A stretch of 33,811 nucleotides of DNA from Eubacteriales bacterium (GTDB lineage: Bacteria > Bacillota > Clostridia > Oscillospirales > CAG-272): NCBI GenBank assembly GCA_045547015.1, contig JAZQDY010000066.1, positions 1-33,811 on the forward strand, written 5' to 3'. Of this stretch, positions 32,822 through 33,811 are shown piece by piece. Positions within the stretch are counted from its first letter, which is position 1; every line of letters starts with the position of its first letter. Below the pieces are notes generated by a model. The model worked only from the letters and a program-made list of their open reading frames with translations. It ran no database searches and was not told the DNA's origin. The translations under genes and the position numbers were made by a program.

Positions 32822-33811
32822 TTACTGCGGTTTATAGCTGTCCTTCAGACTTACGGAACGGTTGAACACCAGATGATCGGGCGTACAGTCACGGCTGTCC
32901 GGACAGAAATAGCCCAGACGCATAAACTGATAGGATGCCGGTGCTTTGGCATTGCGGAGAGATGCCTCCACTTTACATCCTGTGAGCACCTCCAGGGAAG
33001 CAGGATTCAGGCAAGCCATAAAGTCCTTTCCTGCCGCATCCGGATCGGCATCGCTGAACAGGTTATCGTACTGCCGCACTTCGGCTTCCGCACAGTTTTC
33101 CGCATCCACCCAGTGAATAGTCGCGCCCTTGACCTTGCGGCCGTCGGCAGGATCACCGCCCCGGGAATCGGGATCGTAGGTAGCCAGCACCTCGGTGATA
33201 TTCCCCTCGTCATCCTTAACGAATCCGGTACAGGTAATCACATACGCGCCCTTCAGACGGCACTCCGGTCCCTCCGGATACAGCCGCTTATATTTCGGCA
33301 CAGGCTCGGGAAGGAAGTCGTCCGCTTCGATCCACAGATTCCGGGAGAACGTAATCTCACGGGTACCGGCTGCCGGATCGTTGGGATTGTTTTCCACCTC
33401 AAAGACCTCACTCTTTCCTTCGGGATAGTTGGTGATCGTCAGTTTGATGGGTTTGAGCACTGCCATAACGCGCTGTGCAGTCTCGTTCAGATCCTCCCGG
33501 AGGCAGTATTCCAAAAAACCATACTCAATGGTATTGGGGCTCTTGGCAACGCCTACGCGGTCGCAGAAATTGCGGATGGCGCGGGGCGTATAGCCGCGGC
33601 GGCGCAGACCGCAGAGAGTGGGCATACGGGGATCGTCCCAGCCGGAGACGTAACCGTTCTCCACGAGGGCACGGAGTTTGCGCTTAGAAAGAACCGTATG
33701 ATCGATGCCGAGACGGGCAAACTCGATCTGCCGGGGATGGTGCGGTACGGAAACATTCTCCACCACCCAGTTATACAGCGGTCTGTGATTCTCAAATTCC
33801 AGCGAGCAGAG
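32822..33811 (-). CDS. glnS: glutamine--tRNA ligase, C-terminal two-thirds (5' end beyond the right edge)
   Basis: The frame stays open to the window edge: ...LCSLEFENHRPLYNWVVEN...RLGIDHTVLSKRKLRALVENGYVSGWDDPRMPTLCGLRRRGYTPRAIRNFC... These are hallmark GlnRS blocks, including the KMSKS-equivalent VLSKRKL. Confidence 0.92.
   Translation of the reverse strand, partial: LCSLEFENHRPLYNWVVENVSVPHHPRQIEFARLGIDHTVLSKRKLRALVENGYVSGWDDPRMPTLCGLRRRGYTPRAIRNFCDRVGVAKSPNTIEYGFLEYCLREDLNETAQRVMAVLKPIKLTITNYPEGKSEVFEVENNPNDPAAGTREITFSRNLWIEADDFLPEPVPKYKRLYPEGPECRLKGAYVITCTGFVKDDEGNITEVLATYDPDSRGGDPADGRKVKGATIHWVDAENCAEAEVRQYDNLFSDADPDAAGKDFMACLNPASLEVLTGCKVEASLRNAKAPASYQFMRLGYFCPDSRDCTPDHLVFNRSVSLKDSYKPQ

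Noticed and set aside
1-33811. Scan of the window for CRISPR arrays, rRNA, integrases or transposases, toxin-antitoxin pairs and recognisable defence genes.
   Set aside because: No regularly spaced direct repeats were found. No ORF has recombinase, transposase, nuclease-helicase or toxin-like motifs. The only repeats found are the cassette TIRs, the target duplication and the terminator stems.

Overview
33.8-kb window that looks like a spore-forming Clostridia-class Firmicute: it has yabP/yabQ, spoIVB and sigG, and hand-counted coding lines are about 55% G+C. All family names come from motifs read by eye. No searches were run.

(1) 1-18.8 kb is conserved backbone. A long co-directional minus-strand array runs cdaA-cdaR-FAD protein-RseC-like-recJ-relA-dtd-hemZ-kinase-MOP flippase-mazG-hup-yabO-yabP-yabQ'. 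On the plus strand are spoIVB, an orphan HpcH/HpaI aldolase and sigG.

(2) 18.8-31.6 kb is accessory. Two adjacent minus-strand operons each combine a YgjV-family membrane module, a cytoplasmic SGNH esterase and a roughly 291-aa acyltransferase-like protein, in permuted gene order. In one operon the YgjV module is fused to the C-terminus of a 1332-aa secreted metallophosphoesterase. A GH20b-domain glycosidase-like gene is transcribed divergently from these operons.

Between the two operons sits a 1,631-bp AT-rich cassette. It has 37-bp terminal inverted repeats and a 9-bp target-site duplication, and it lies exactly in the loop of what would otherwise be an intact intrinsic terminator. Its only gene is an XRE-HTH/TPR-like regulator; there is no transposase.

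(3) 31.8-33.8 kb holds an MBL-fold hydrolase, tRNA-Lys(UUU) with its own promoter and terminator, and the 3' part of glnS.

Best leads are the cassette, the duplicated three-gene set and the phosphoesterase-YgjV fusion. No CRISPR array, rRNA or recognisable transposase was seen.
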